DNA of 64,000 nt from Antedon mediterranea (Eukaryota > Animalia > Echinodermata). Shown here piece by piece: positions 38,425 to 63,956 of the stretch. The translations under genes were made by a program, and so were the position numbers. The stretch covers positions 30,938,001 to 31,002,000 of the forward strand of contig NC_092674.1 in NCBI RefSeq assembly GCF_964355755.1, read 5' to 3'. The notes under the pieces are model-generated. The model worked only from the letters and a program-made list of their open reading frames with translations. It was not told where the DNA came from and made no database searches. Position 1 is the stretch's first letter; each line of letters opens with the position of its first letter.

Positions 38425-41178
38425 CTACCTCCCTATACTATTAACAGTAGTTGTTATCAGTTTTCTAACTTCTGTTGCTCTCAATTTTCCTCTGTTGATG
38501 CAGTCTTGCAGTTGGTTTTCTGTCAACGGGCTGCCACCTAAAAAGTAAAATATTTTACAGTTGTGTTGGGATTGATTTAAACAACTTGTACTTGAGAGAG
38601 CCATGCAAGACTTACCTGGTTTATGAAGACAACACAGGTGGTTGTTTTTATTCAGAGCAATAGTTACAACACCCGTAGCCAAGTCTTCCTCTTCAATTGT
38701 TGGGTCAGCAATTAAGATTGTGCTAAAATAAAACAATATTGAGATAAGCATTTTATATTTATATTTTTACCATTATGAAAAATGGTATTATAAAGGTTAA
38801 AAAAAAAAAACTAAAACTATATGCAATAAGCTTTTTGAATTTCCAATTTCTGATAGATAAAGGCATACGTACTCATCAAATATTGCAAACGTTGTACAAA
38901 CAGGTTGCTGTTGTATATTCAATTTCACTGTCTTCTCACGACTTGTTTCAGCTAACAGTGTTTCACTGTTTATCTCAACAGATGCAAGTAAAACTAAAAG
39001 TATGAACAATAATTGGAATTAAAATTTGTTCGGAGTATCTCTCATCACATTGAGAGCTTGCTTATATGCACTATATAAGAATTTTAATAATAAAACTATT
39101 ATTATTATTTACAATATATTATTATTATTATTTACAATAAACTATTATTATTATTTACAATATATTATTATTATTTACAATAAACTATTATTATTATTTA
39201 CAATATATTATTATTATTATTTACAATATATTATTATTATTATTTACAATATATTATTATTATTATTTACAATATATTATTATTTACAATATACTTCAGA
39301 CCTTCAGTTTGAAATAAAAATAGACATAAAGGCAGTACAGTCAACTCTCTCAATAGCGGACACCGGCTGGCAAATTATCTCTGGTTTTCCAGAAAGTCTG
39401 GTATTCAGAATGTGTTTTTAATTGGTGAAAATAAGTTTAGGAGATTTTCCGGTTTTCAGAGAACTGTAGTTGACTGTATTGTCTTATGCCTTTAGAATAC
39501 CATACAGTTTAGTTCAATTGCAATTGTATCGTCTATTATTGTCTTACCATTTTGAAGAGCAGCTATCAAAGCAATCATGCAGGCATCCACAACATTGCCA
39601 TCATAATCTAAGCATACAAGATCACAGTACAACACCCAACATAACTAAAGAAAAACATTAATAAATAGTATTTCGCATTATAATTGTGAAATGCAAGAAC
39701 GTTATGTCCCATATTTGGTCTTTTGTAGCCTTATTTGGTATACCTTTAATACCCGGTTTATGGAGAAATAAGTTGGCTACTTTTAATTTAGATTGAATCC
39801 TTCTATTTACTTACTTTATCCTCTGAGATACATAAACTGCCAAGATCAATAACTCCAGCACTTAAAAATAAGAACATAGTAGTTAAAGTTAGCATGTTCT
39901 CAATATTACTGTATATTGGTTCTTTAGTTTTAACTGATATTTTGTGATGGTCTGTATAATGTTCTAAGGAGGCAAGATTATTTAGTTAAGTAACTGGTAT
40001 ACATACTTCTTAATTATATCTGCAATAAGTTGTGAAACAACTTGCGCTTGGTCACTTGGAGGGCCGACTTTAAAACGAGATGAACATAGAGGGGGTAAGT
40101 CCACATTTGGTACTGTAATCAAAAGATGAGTAAAAATAAAATGTTGTTATAAAAGTGAAATATACACAAATTAAATTAATAAAAAAAAAAAAAATTAAAT
40201 ATATAATAATAAAGATAATAATAAAGAACCATTTGATGATGTATACCTAGAAATCCTTGAGTGGGTTGCTCAGCTGTTGGTTTAGCAAGTGCCTATAAAC
40301 AAAGTAAGAAAATAAAATCTTCCATAATATTACACAAAAAAAGAGACATAACTATCGACTCGTTTATGAATGGTTTATTCATACAAGTAGACATATATAT
40401 ATAATTATATATAAATCAGTTTTATAACTTCAACATTTTATTTAAAATATTAAAAATATATTTATTCATGATTTCAAAAAACCATATAATATAATTGTGT
40501 CAATAACAAAAGTTGAATAATTTTTATAGCATTGCGGCTGTTGGCTGATTGGAGAACATTTGGCCAAATAAGAACTTACAGCTTTGATGCCACAGATGAC
40601 CGAAGTATGACCTAGCTTGACCAACGCTGACCCTTCGGCTGTAGAAATTGAACCTGAAATTTTAAATAAAAATTATTGCAGAATATTTTCATAATTACTA
40701 ATAGGCCTAAAGTAATATTATTTATTATATATTAATTATTTATTTTAATATTATTATTATAAATTATAATATAACATACTTACCCACATTCAAAATTGTT
40801 GGTCGAATTTCGTCTAGAGACCTACCATCTGGCCGTATATCTTCTTTCTAATAAAAAATATGTATAATATGCATTTAGACTGTACAGACTAAATTGTAAG
40901 CCTAGCGGCCTAGCATCACTACAAATGATGGACCGGGTAAGATCCGCTGTTGGTTGGTGGTGGTTGTGAAAGAAAAGGAGAACACGACGGGCCTAGAACT
41001 AGAGACTTACCAAAAATCTTCTGTAATATTCTGTAGGCTGTGCGGTTCTATAGGTAAGTAAAAAAAATATAAAAGAATACACTTGTAATCAACAATGAAC
41101 AGAAATTACACAAAAAACGAAAATATTTGTCATTGTTTACAGACCACGTTTGTTTACTTACTTGAAGTCTGCTGCCAT
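38425..41178 (-). CDS. EXOSC8: Exosome complex component RRP43 (RNase PH-like), 11 exons
   Basis: MAADFK|[12 protein letters not shown]|[21 protein letters not shown]|[25 protein letters not shown]...[19 protein letters not shown]...[20 protein letters not shown]...[24 protein letters not shown]. All introns are GT-AG. Confidence 0.95.
39338..39476. mobile_element. Tc1/mariner(pogo)-type MITE; a partial related copy lies at about 29745-29815
   Basis: TA|CAGTCAACT...AGTTGACTG|TA. Confidence 0.65.
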
Positions 41179-41420
41179 GTTTTCGATAATGTCGAATCGC
41201 CTAGAAGAACAGTGTTTATTGGATGCAATTGTCGGGTTAAAACTTTTCTAACCAATCAACAAACATGTTATCAGAAGAGTTGTAACGCCCAGAAAACATG
41301 TGGCCGGTGCTGAGCTGTGTGTTACGGTAACTTGCATCAGCCCCCAACATAAGGTATATATATCAACGAAATACACAGGTTCTAACCAACAGACTGGGCT
41401 AGAATAACCGTAGGTATCCT
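41179..41420. promoter_or_regulatory. Probable bidirectional promoter for EXOSC8 and LARS1
   Basis: Head-to-head ATGs lie only 680 bp apart. There is a CCAAT at about 41253, local CpG enrichment, and candidate LARS1 5'-UTR donors at 41354 and 41414. Confidence 0.6.
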
Positions 41421-41857
41421 TTTTAAATAAGTTGTGTTTATTTTGTATAAAATATTGTGTAATTCGGTTGTGTCAATACCGAAGAAAATAATATTTAAAT
41501 AGGTCTAGCCTAGGCCTAGCTAGTAGTTAGGCCTCTAGGCCTAGACCCTGGCTAAGCTAGGTAGGAAAGGAAACTGACCGAGAGCGGAAGTCGCATCAGG
41601 CGTGTATCGCCGGCGAGGAGGCTCAACTAAGAATTATGCCTAGGGTATGCCTAGGTATTGATTGTATTTTACATTTAAAGATGATTACATGGAAGTTACA
41701 GAAATATTGAATAATCTAATTTTGTTTTTTTTTTATTAATTGATTGAAAACTCTTGTTTTTCATCCTCTTCCAGAAGAGAAAAGAAAGTATTAATTACTG
41801 AATACTGTATTTTGCAAATCAAATTTAAAAAGTTGTTTTTATTTTTCAGTGATAAAT

Positions 41858-54513
<12,656 letters not shown>

Positions 54514-55051
54514 ATCTGTCGAAAGGTGTATAAACATTGTTTGATGGATACGATTTGATATACGGGAGTTGGTGGATGTGCCAGAATCTAAATAAATATT
54601 TTAAAATTGAAGTTTGGGTTAGTGAAAGCAATACATAAAACAAATGAATAGTAGTGTCAATTATGCTAAATCATTGTGTGCTTTAAATAGCAATTTAATT
54701 GGCAGAATCGGGTATTAATTTAAGTACACCTACATTTCGAAACAATTGTAAAGTAAAAGTCTAGATTTAATTTTCTTTTTCACTGAACTTTACAAAAGTA
54801 TTCGTCTGACTTCTGTTCTTTTTCAATCAATAGTATTTATAAATCATTGTTTGGGATAATCTATATTAGAAAAAAAAGTTTAATTTTGACCAAGACACTT
54901 CAACTTTAAGACAGAAAAGGACATAATTATACAGGTTATATGGCATGCTATAAAATTAACTTTTCTGATTACTTTTGGAGTAAAATAAATATAAATGGGA
55001 TCAATAGTCTTCGTATAGTATATTATACAGATATTGCCTGCTTAGAGGTGA

Positions 55052-55192
55052 AATATAAGATTTGACATCCCCGAGGGAATGATAATATTATGTTCGAGGA
55101 AATATATACTGTATATCCCGAAGCAGCAGCTGAGGGATATATAATTCCCCGAGAACATAATATCATCCCGAGGGGATGTTAAATCTTATATT
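55052..55192. repeat. Palindromic (hairpin) element between the LARS1 and ankyrin-gene 3' ends
   Basis: AATATAAGATTTGACATCCCCGAGGG..TATTATGTTC pairs with GAACATAATATCATCCCGAGGGGATGTTAAATCTTATATT. Confidence 0.7.
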
Positions 55193-55393
55193 CTGTAATA
55201 TTTCATAATGTATTATTTGTTCTTTCAAGAATAAAGTGGGTTTTTTAGAAATGGAAATGTATGTCAAGCTTACGCAAGAAAAGGACAAAACAAAGCGAAA
55301 TTATTTAGGCATCATAAATTTATTATATTTTTTAAATATACTAATTTTTGTAAATCTTTCAGTATATAACTGAAAACGTATAAATGTTGTGAT

Positions 55394-56821
55394 TTATGTT
55401 CTCCAATGTAGATTATCTGGGAAGGAGAGTTTGATGGCACTCTCCGGGCTGTCGTCATCAAAGTCATCAAACCTAAGTCCAAGCCATTCTGTGGACATCC
55501 CAATAGTTTTAATCTTGTGGGTAACCTTCTCGCTTTCTTTTATAACACGTTTACATAATAACTGTAGTGAAAATGGCTGATTGATATAAACGTCTAATGC
55601 CTCTAGCAGCTTTCTTTCCGTTCGTTTCTGGTTAGTTCGTCTTAAAATTCTTGGTACCCACTCGTTAGGTTTATAACGTAAATTTAATCTGTTCATTGTC
55701 TTTAAAATTTCACAAAGTATATGAACTCTGTTATAACATAAGTACCCCATGTATGAAATAAAAAGTTGGAAAGCCGTCTGACGTTGTCTGTTTGGCAAGT
55801 CGGCGCGCGCGCCTTTCTTGATCAAATAAAGTACAGCGGATGGGTTAGAGTTCCTTGCGGCAATGTGCAGCGGAGTATCCAACATCGAATCCAAGTCGTT
55901 AATGCCTAAATACTTCCCTTGAGTTGATCTAAAAACCATCTTTAAAATATACTGTTTTGTTGCAAAATCTGATCTGTGTATAAATGTGCTGACTGCATGA
56001 TGTAGTATCGTCCTCCTATCCAGTGATCTTGTTAACAGATCACTGCCAGCATTCAAAAGTATTTTAAACATCCGCCCGTTTTCCTTTTTCGCGGCATAAA
56101 ATATCGGGAGCATTCCTTTGTCGTCTGGTGCGTTCACGTCTGCGCCGCGTTTGAGCAAGAGTTTTGAACAGACGATGTTGTCTGCGCTTACGGTAATATG
56201 TAGTGGTGTTACCCCTTGCCGATGATCGTGAATCTCCTTCTTTAATCTGCTACCCTTTCTGAGCTGAAGACGCAATGAACAAGTGGCGCATTTTGATGCA
56301 ATGTTTTCATAGCTTGAACGACCGCAAGGAAGAAAACCAACCGTTGTGTATTTCTTATCCATTTTCTTGTGATTCAGACGTTTTCCACGCTGTGTAAGAT
56401 TCAATTCATCTCCATATTTCAGAAATAACTCCAAGATGTTTTGTTTTCCGTGAGCAGCTGCGCACATCAAGCCAGACGTCCAAGATAATGTCAGCAGCCG
56501 GGTGGTGACCTCATCCTTGTGAAAGGAAACAATCACAAGATCTTTAAGAACTTGCTCCACGAAGTCAACGTTCATTTTGGGAATTTCATTCTTTAGTAAC
56601 TGAATTGACCTGAACAGTAACTCGTGGTCAATGGACTTTTTCTTAATGAGACTGGTATAACTGCGACTTTGTTTAACGTCTTGCTGGACATCGGAATCCT
56701 GTGCGTCTTTACTTTCTTCTTCAGCTACGGGAGCAGCAGCCGCCACAACTCCTGCTTTCGCTGCATCGGACTGCTGATGTTGACGTTGTCGTTCAAGTCG
56801 GTTTCCCATTATATTGTCCAC
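55394..56821 (-). CDS. Intronless ankyrin-repeat protein with a C-terminal SOCS/BC-box (ASB-like), 475 aa
   Basis: Uninterrupted ORF with ankyrin motifs GVTPLHITV, GADVNAPDDKGMLPIFYAA, RRTILHHAV and DTPLHIAARNSN..LIKKGARADLPN. The BC-box is PFSLQLLCKRVI. Confidence 0.88.
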   Translation of the reverse strand: MDNIMGNRLERQRQHQQSDAAKAGVVAAAAPVAEEESKDAQDSDVQQDVKQSRSYTSLIKKKSIDHELLFRSIQLLKNEIPKMNVDFVEQVLKDLVIVSFHKDEVTTRLLTLSWTSGLMCAAAHGKQNILELFLKYGDELNLTQRGKRLNHKKMDKKYTTVGFLPCGRSSYENIASKCATCSLRLQLRKGSRLKKEIHDHRQGVTPLHITVSADNIVCSKLLLKRGADVNAPDDKGMLPIFYAAKKENGRMFKILLNAGSDLLTRSLDRRTILHHAVSTFIHRSDFATKQYILKMVFRSTQGKYLGINDLDSMLDTPLHIAARNSNPSAVLYLIKKGARADLPNRQRQTAFQLFISYMGYLCYNRVHILCEILKTMNRLNLRYKPNEWVPRILRRTNQKRTERKLLEALDVYINQPFSLQLLCKRVIKESEKVTHKIKTIGMSTEWLGLRFDDFDDDSPESAIKLSFPDNLHWRT

Positions 56822-57190
56822 GTATTTTTTACATTATTAGTTACTTATTTATTTTAATAGTCCCTACAAACCGTACTAAAAACAACCTGGTCGGATGCAT
56901 TGCTGCTAACAATTTCTGTGTGTTGTTTTGTTCAATCTATTATTCGCGCGTTCAAGAACATTGTGTTCGAAAATCACTGGCTCAAGCGCGCGATCTCAGT
57001 TCAGACATGTTTGCGCGCTAAAAAAACATGCTTTTAAAGAACTTAAAAGTGGTTATAGGACTTATAGGAGGCAGTATGCGAAGACACGGGTTATAGTCTG
57101 ACTTTTGACCAATCAGATCACCGAATGTTTATAAAGTAAACGTTGTATTGTGGCACAGTGTTACAGTCAGACTGTTAATTCCAACCTTTA

Positions 57191-57283
57191 TATGCAAATT
57201 AGCTTGCTTAACGTTTAGGTATGCAAATTAGCTTGCTTAACGTTTAGGTATGCAAATTAGCTTGCATAACGTTTAGGTATGAA
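57191..57283. repeat. 29-bp triplication containing the octamer ATGCAAAT
   Basis: TATGCAAATTAGCTTGCTTAACGTTTAGG x3, about 370 bp upstream of the ankyrin gene. Confidence 0.85.
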
Positions 57284-58862
57284 AGTTTAGTATGCCGAAT
57301 TGTCATTCAATGGAATTGGAATAATCAAAATAACACAATAAAATGAGAAGAACCTGATGTTTCTCTGGAAGTATTTAATGGCTTAACAGCGTGGGTAAGT
57401 GTTTTGCTTAATTTTGGAAGTTTCATTGCTTATGTTGTCACCTTTTTATGAAAAAGTAGTTAGCTAAGTGAGTATAGGCTATATTCTAGCATGGTGGTAT
57501 CGGATGAAAATATGACTGCAAACAGCTTCAGAAAGCAAATGTGTGAACTCTAGTATGATAGCCCTACTTAATCGAAACATTTTAAGAATTTTCTCTTATG
57601 AAGAGCTAGGGTTATAATTTCAATTCAGGCCCGGATTGTATATTTTAGCAACTCAGTAGGTATATATATATATACTGACATAAAGTAGACAGGCAGTTGA
57701 AATAGAATTGGAATAATAGTTTGAGTTTGAATATTTGATCTTATTTGAGATACACTTTTCATTTGGCATTTATTTTAACGGTCACCGTGACTATTTCAAC
57801 GATCGCCGTGGTTATTCGGCCGATTATGTATTATATATTTAGTGAATTAGAATTGTAAACATTTCATGTTGTATGTAGTGTTTTTCGTATTTATTACTTT
57901 TAATTTTCTCAGTCGGTAAATGCGTTTTTACGTCACTCACACATCACTCATGTCAATCTGTCGACTCACAATCATGTTTAAACAATGACAACAAAATTCA
58001 ACGAATACATTATTTGTGACGCATAATGTACTATATATTAATAACATTACAATTTAATATTAACTAATATGTTGTTGATTGATGAGCAAACTCCCAGATT
58101 ATGAGTTAAAATCAGCCTGTTTGTTATTGTGTTTTTGTCAATTCACAATAAAATATAAAAACTATATCAAAAATGTAAGATACGAAAGACTATTATGAAA
58201 ACCCTCATTAAAAAATACTCATTAGTTATACTAATTAAAATACTCATTAGTTATACTAATAATTGAGAACAATAATTAAAAAATACATGTACTTATATTA
58301 GTTATCATAATTGAGAACAATCTTATTATATTTGAGAACAATCTCATAAGTGAGATAAATTCAACACTTTTAAGTAATTCTATATTTTTGTTCTATAATA
58401 GTACTGAAAATAATTATTACGATAGAAACAAATGGTATGCGTCCCTTAAGTCCCTTCTTAATGTAGCTTGATTTTTTTCATCTTTGTAAACAGTTATTTT
58501 TGACAATAGAAAAACAAGCACAAGTTGTGTTGAATGTCATTGTCATGTTGATAGGACCGTATTCCTTACATAGCTATGGTTCTATCATCAAGAAAACACT
58601 TAAATTTATCTCAAACTGATTTTAATTTCCATTTAATAATTAAATGATTGCATAATATTACTATATTTCTATAGTATATATATATGATATGAAATATGAA
58701 TATTTTATTTATACTGGGCGACCTCTTCAGTCAAAGACTCACAGAGGGCCCAGTTATGATCAGTCAATATAATACTTTAATACATAATGCGATTGTAACA
58801 CAAATATAAAATAAAATTATTTGATTATATTTCTCTTGATTTCCTAGTGAGTTCCACTTGTT

Positions 58863-61800
58863 CTAGTCATCCTGTAAAAAATAAATATCAAATATTCATG
58901 TATGTAGCTTTGCTATGACGTAGGAGTAGGATAGTCATGTTAGTTTACTGTGTATGGACATGTTGCTGATTCTAGGTCAAGTGGATGACTACCAAAGACA
59001 CATACTTGGGTCTTAAGTTGTTACAAATTGCTTAAGTCCTTGTTAAGTATTTGCAAACATTAATTAGGAATGACTCTGATACTTAAGAACATTCTTAAAA
59101 TAATTAGGTTACTCACCCACTCATCATCATCAACTCCTTCGAATTCTTCTTGAGGTAGTGGTTCATCTTCTCTGTTACCCAGCTTACCAACCATTGCTCT
59201 CAGTAACTATAACAACAAAATTCATTAGTTCAACAAATGACAAATATATTTTTAAGTAAATAAACAATTTAATCTGAAATCATTAGTTGTATTAAACTAA
59301 GAATGTTACCTCTTCCTTTTTCTGTTCGTCTGTTTTTCTTTCTAATTCTCTATGACTTTCATATTTTTTTGGTGCTGGTGCAGACTTCGGAACTGAACTT
59401 ACTAAAAAAAAACATAAAAAAGCTACTATCTAAAAAGGATTTCATAAAATTCTGCATTAATTAATTAAATTTCTTTAATTTTGGTGGTACAGTATAAAAA
59501 TTCCTTAAAGTTGTACTGTTTTCCTGAATACTTACATGGCTTCATACCCTCTGGGCAAAGTGGAATGGTCCGGTGTTGACTATTTTGTCCATTCAACCAC
59601 TGATCACATGACAGATTTGATTCCCATTTGACCTTGGTGTCGGGGAAGATGTCATCTTGAAAGTATTCCATCTAAATAAATATGTAATTTTTTAATTTCA
59701 TGTACTGTAAACAAGTCAATGTAATAAAACTATTAGCTTTTATATCAGAAGATCTATTCAATCAAGAGTCATTATATGTTTGGGTATTGAATTCTCGCAT
59801 TTCCAGGAATTTAGTTGGAACAGGAAATATGTCTGCCTTGATCCATTTAATGGTATATTTAGTGACTTAGACAAAGTGATCCATCTCCTTCTTTTGTTAA
59901 TGAGGGATAAGTAAAAAAAAAGATATATACAGTACTGATACTGAAAGTATAATACTGTAAATCATAATCAAACTAACCTTAACACGAGGGACAGTAAATG
60001 AAATTGGTTCAATATTCATTTTTGTCAAGACAACAGCACGAGCAAACTCCACATCCTTTACAACACATACGTTCTTTGGCAAGAATGACACGGCCTAAAA
60101 GAAATTAAAAAGTTTACAAAACAAATACCCCTAAAAGAACTATTCAATTGCTTTTTTGACAGCATTATTATTTGTGTTGGAATGACAGAGTATTCACATA
60201 ATATTCCATACTTAAATAGGTAGACAAATACTTAAGCCTTTACCTGGTAAATACTGTTTAGCTTAAAATTTGAGCAGTCAAATATGTATGGTTGTTGTGC
60301 TGAGACTTCAACTATGTAGATCATTGACTCACCCTGTAGACATAACAATTAAATTGTGATTACACATTTCTATCACTGCAACCAACATTGAGTGAAACAA
60401 CTTTCGTAAGAAAAAAATCAAATAAAAACATGATTACCTTGCCAGATAAAAAGACAACGTTTGTATCTTCGTCATAATATGGAATTAGGATAGAGGGCGA
60501 CACATCAAATTCTACTTCGTGTAATGGTTTTGACAAATCAGTCAAACCATAGACACTTATTTTACGTTGGCCATTACTGTAAATAAAAACATAGCAGATT
60601 ACAAATTATACAAATAATTTGTAGCTTATGTTACGTTGGCCATTACTGTAAATAAAAACAAAGCAGATTACAAATTATACAAATAATTTGTAGCTGTTTT
60701 TACAATGTAATTCTTAACTGATTTAATGCCATAGATGCTTAATGCAGAATACTTGTATAATTCCTACATCTACACTATAAGATGGAAAACTAACTTGTTT
60801 CTCCCTACTGAAATGAGGCAATTAAATGGAACATGGAAACGTTGATCATTTTATTCTATACCCTTTAAATACACACACCAATCTTGTATTTTGAACAATG
60901 TGTTATCTGTATTTTCCCACTTTTAACCTCACTTTTGTATTTTTTTGTGAATTTTTAACCTTTTAACTCTGAACAAACAAAAATAATTTTAAACCATGTA
61001 CTGTATTTTACTGCGTGAATAATCTGTTGCTTTTCATTCTCTAGTTGTAAAATAATAACTGGTATGATAAAACAGTATTTACGTCATCTATTGTATATAC
61101 TGTATATAATGACAAAAATGTATTGAAGAGTATTTGTTGATATGTTACCTATTAAAGCCAGACACAAGAAGGCACTTATCCTGACAGACCCATACTATTC
61201 TACCACAACGACCGGGGTTCACGCCACTAACTTCCTGAAAAAGACAGATTATTACATCAAATAGGTCTCTTTTTAAATGAATAGAGAAACCTTTGATAAC
61301 ATTTGGATATTGTAAGTATTTTGTTTTTGTTTTTGAACTGTACTTTAAATTTGTAACGTGTCTCTCATCAGTGAAACCTTACTTTTGTTGGCGTGTCAGA
61401 CTGTCGTGGGTCATATATTCTCAAAATCTTGTCTTTGCATAGAGTAGCTATTCTTGTTCCATCTAGGCTCCAAGCAGCCGCTGAAATCTATGATAAAACA
61501 AAGAACTTAAATATCCTGCCAAAAGAAGACAATTTTAAAAAATTTTCACACTTTGGACAACATTTATGTATATAAATTAATCTGCAATAAATGAAAATAA
61601 ACTTATATAATTACATAAAATTATTACTTATAGTTTGTATTACAGCATGATCTTAAAGTAAGAATGAACTAAATCACTGACCTGATCAGTATGACCTTTG
61701 AGGGTCATGACCTCTTCTCTTGCTTGTAAGTTCCAAATCCTGATGGTGAGGTCAAGTGCTGCAGACAGCATGAGATCTCTCGTCAACGGATGGAACAACA

Positions 61801-63956
61801 GGAAATGGATCTTTTCCTGGTGACCTGTGTAAGAAATCGTATTTTATTCAGTACATAAAACTTGATGACATTAACAAAACTAATGACATAAACAACTCTT
61901 TATATGCAAATCACTAATGAGTTGCATACCAAATATGGTGCTTACCAAATATGGTGCTTACCAAATATGGTGCTTACCAAATATGGTGCTTACCAAATAT
62001 GGTGCTTACCAAATATGGTGCTTACCAAATATATGGTGCTTACCAAATATGGTGCTTACCTAATATGGTGCTTACCTAATATGGTGCTTACCTAATATAG
62101 TGCTTACCTAATAAGTAAAATGTAGGTTCATCCAAGGAATCCTCCAGACCACCTTTTGGTAAATCAAAAACATTAATTCTGCAGTTTTCACCGGCAACCA
62201 CGAGTCGGCAGTTATTGAATGGATCCCAACGGAAGTCTTGAATCATGCTTTTGTTGTGCACTGCAGGAATCTCACTTTCTGGTTGTCTTCCAGGCTTGTC
62301 AAGCTGTATGAAATATAACACAAATCACTTCAGATTCTGCACAGTACTTCCTTTCATCACACAAAATTGACAATTCTGGGATCAAGCCCTGTTTTAATGG
62401 CTCCTATGGCATTATTTTTAACTGTTTCACTGTTTAAGAACCTAAATTCCTGTATATCAATGAAAAAAAAATGGTACTCACCTCAAATACACCAATCTGA
62501 CCACCAGGTCCAGCAAAGGGAACAGCAGCCCTTGCAATATTGGCATGAAACCCATCACATTCACCGAAAATGATGTTACCCATATTACGAATGTTTGTAA
62601 TGTATGTTGAAGCATGCCGATGTGAACCTTTCGCATGCCGGAACTTTGAAGACTTCGCTGCTACAAATGTCTTGCCGGACGATTTCCTAACCATGCCTGA
62701 TTCGCCACTAGCTGCTGCACCTTGAAGATTTGGCTTGTTGTCTGGGACGACTGAATTAGGTGTTAAGTTTTGATTTACAGGTGGTTTGTTTGCAGGAATA
62801 GATGGATTTGTTTCAGGTGCTGAAGAACTTTCACTCTAAAATTAATATTTATTCATATATAAATCTTGTATCTGTATAATTAACAAAATAAAACAACAAA
62901 CGTTAAATCATTATGAAACTACAAACCTTTACGTCTACTGATGTTGAATCGGATCCACCTTGTGTCTTTGTACTTTTAATCACTGATTGACGTTTAGAAG
63001 GATCCAATGAAATTTTAGCAACCTGTATATAGAAATAGAGTAATTATTACAGTTCTAAATATTAGTATATATATATATATATAGTATTTTGTGTACATAG
63101 CATCCAAGAAAGTGATTGATACAGTGAGTGAGAACAACATTTACTTACTTCTTTGTTCTGGCCATCAAACCATTCATCTACTGTCATGGCCGACACGTTT
63201 CCAGGTGTGTCTGGGAAAAGTTCACTTGCAAATTCTCGATGTGACTAAAAATAAAAAACACCAAAATCAGAATAAAAAAACAAATTACGAATTTGTTTAA
63301 TTATAATATAGTATACGTATTCTATGATAAATATCAAGTAAAAACTAACCCTACGAGGGACTTCGTATGATAATGGTAGAATTGCATTCTGGGTAAGCTG
63401 CAGTAGACGATTGACTTCACAAGATATGACATTTAGCGCCCTCTTTGGTACCATTGCAATACCTCTTTGCTGAGCAGTTCCCATGTAGGTGGCATCTATT
63501 TGTTGGAACAAGAAAAGCAATTATACAAAGCATTTAATTAACAATATTATACTACATTAAATATTTTATAAAGCGTCAAAGTTTAAGTTACAAAATGTCT
63601 GATTATACATACTGCTTGTAAGGTAAGGCTGTTTATCTGTTACTTCCATGTACAATACTGTAGTTGCACCCTGTAAAACACAACAACAATCTCATCTTGT
63701 ATACAATGTAATGACATAATGATAAATACATTATTAAAAGAGAAAATAGTTTAATATCTCTAACAAAGTAGTCATTTGAAAGTACCAAAAAAATAAATTT
63801 CAAACTTAGAGGCTGCTCAAAAGCACATGCAACTAAATAAATCAATTCTGTTCTTTATAAACAATAATTATTGAATAATAATAATTATAACAAATTACCT
63901 TAGAAGCAACAAATAACATCTTGGTGTCAGGATCATAAAAAGGCATAAGTGCACTG
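58863..63956 (-). CDS. CORO7: Coronin-7 (POD-1, tandem coronin), 3' portion; the gene continues beyond the window
   Basis: End of the first coronin unit (LMPFYDPDT, VPKRALNVISCEVNRLLQL, YEVPRR, ELFPDT), then a linker and a second unit starting SSKFRH. WD40 exons are DFRWDPFNN..GEN, FHPL..D.MLSAALDLTIRIWNL and AWSLDG..ATLCKDKILRIYDPR, followed by FTVPRVK|MEYFQDDIFPDT. The acidic tail FEGVDDDEW|DD* has its stop at 58863. Confidence 0.93.
61927..62110 (-). repeat. 16-bp tandem array of a CORO7 splice donor (about 12 copies)
   Basis: Minus-strand unit G|GTAAGCACCATATT(A/T). The real exon ends at 62108. Confidence 0.95.

Noticed and set aside
39026-39421. 131-aa I/Y/L-rich ORF
   Set aside because: It comes from an AT-rich (ATT)n-type intronic repeat of EXOSC8.
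41414-41422. U12-type 5' splice site GTATCCTTT in the LARS1 5' UTR
   Set aside because: No TCCTTAAC-like branch point lies near the acceptors at 41774 or 41849. The motif also occurs by chance at about 5204.
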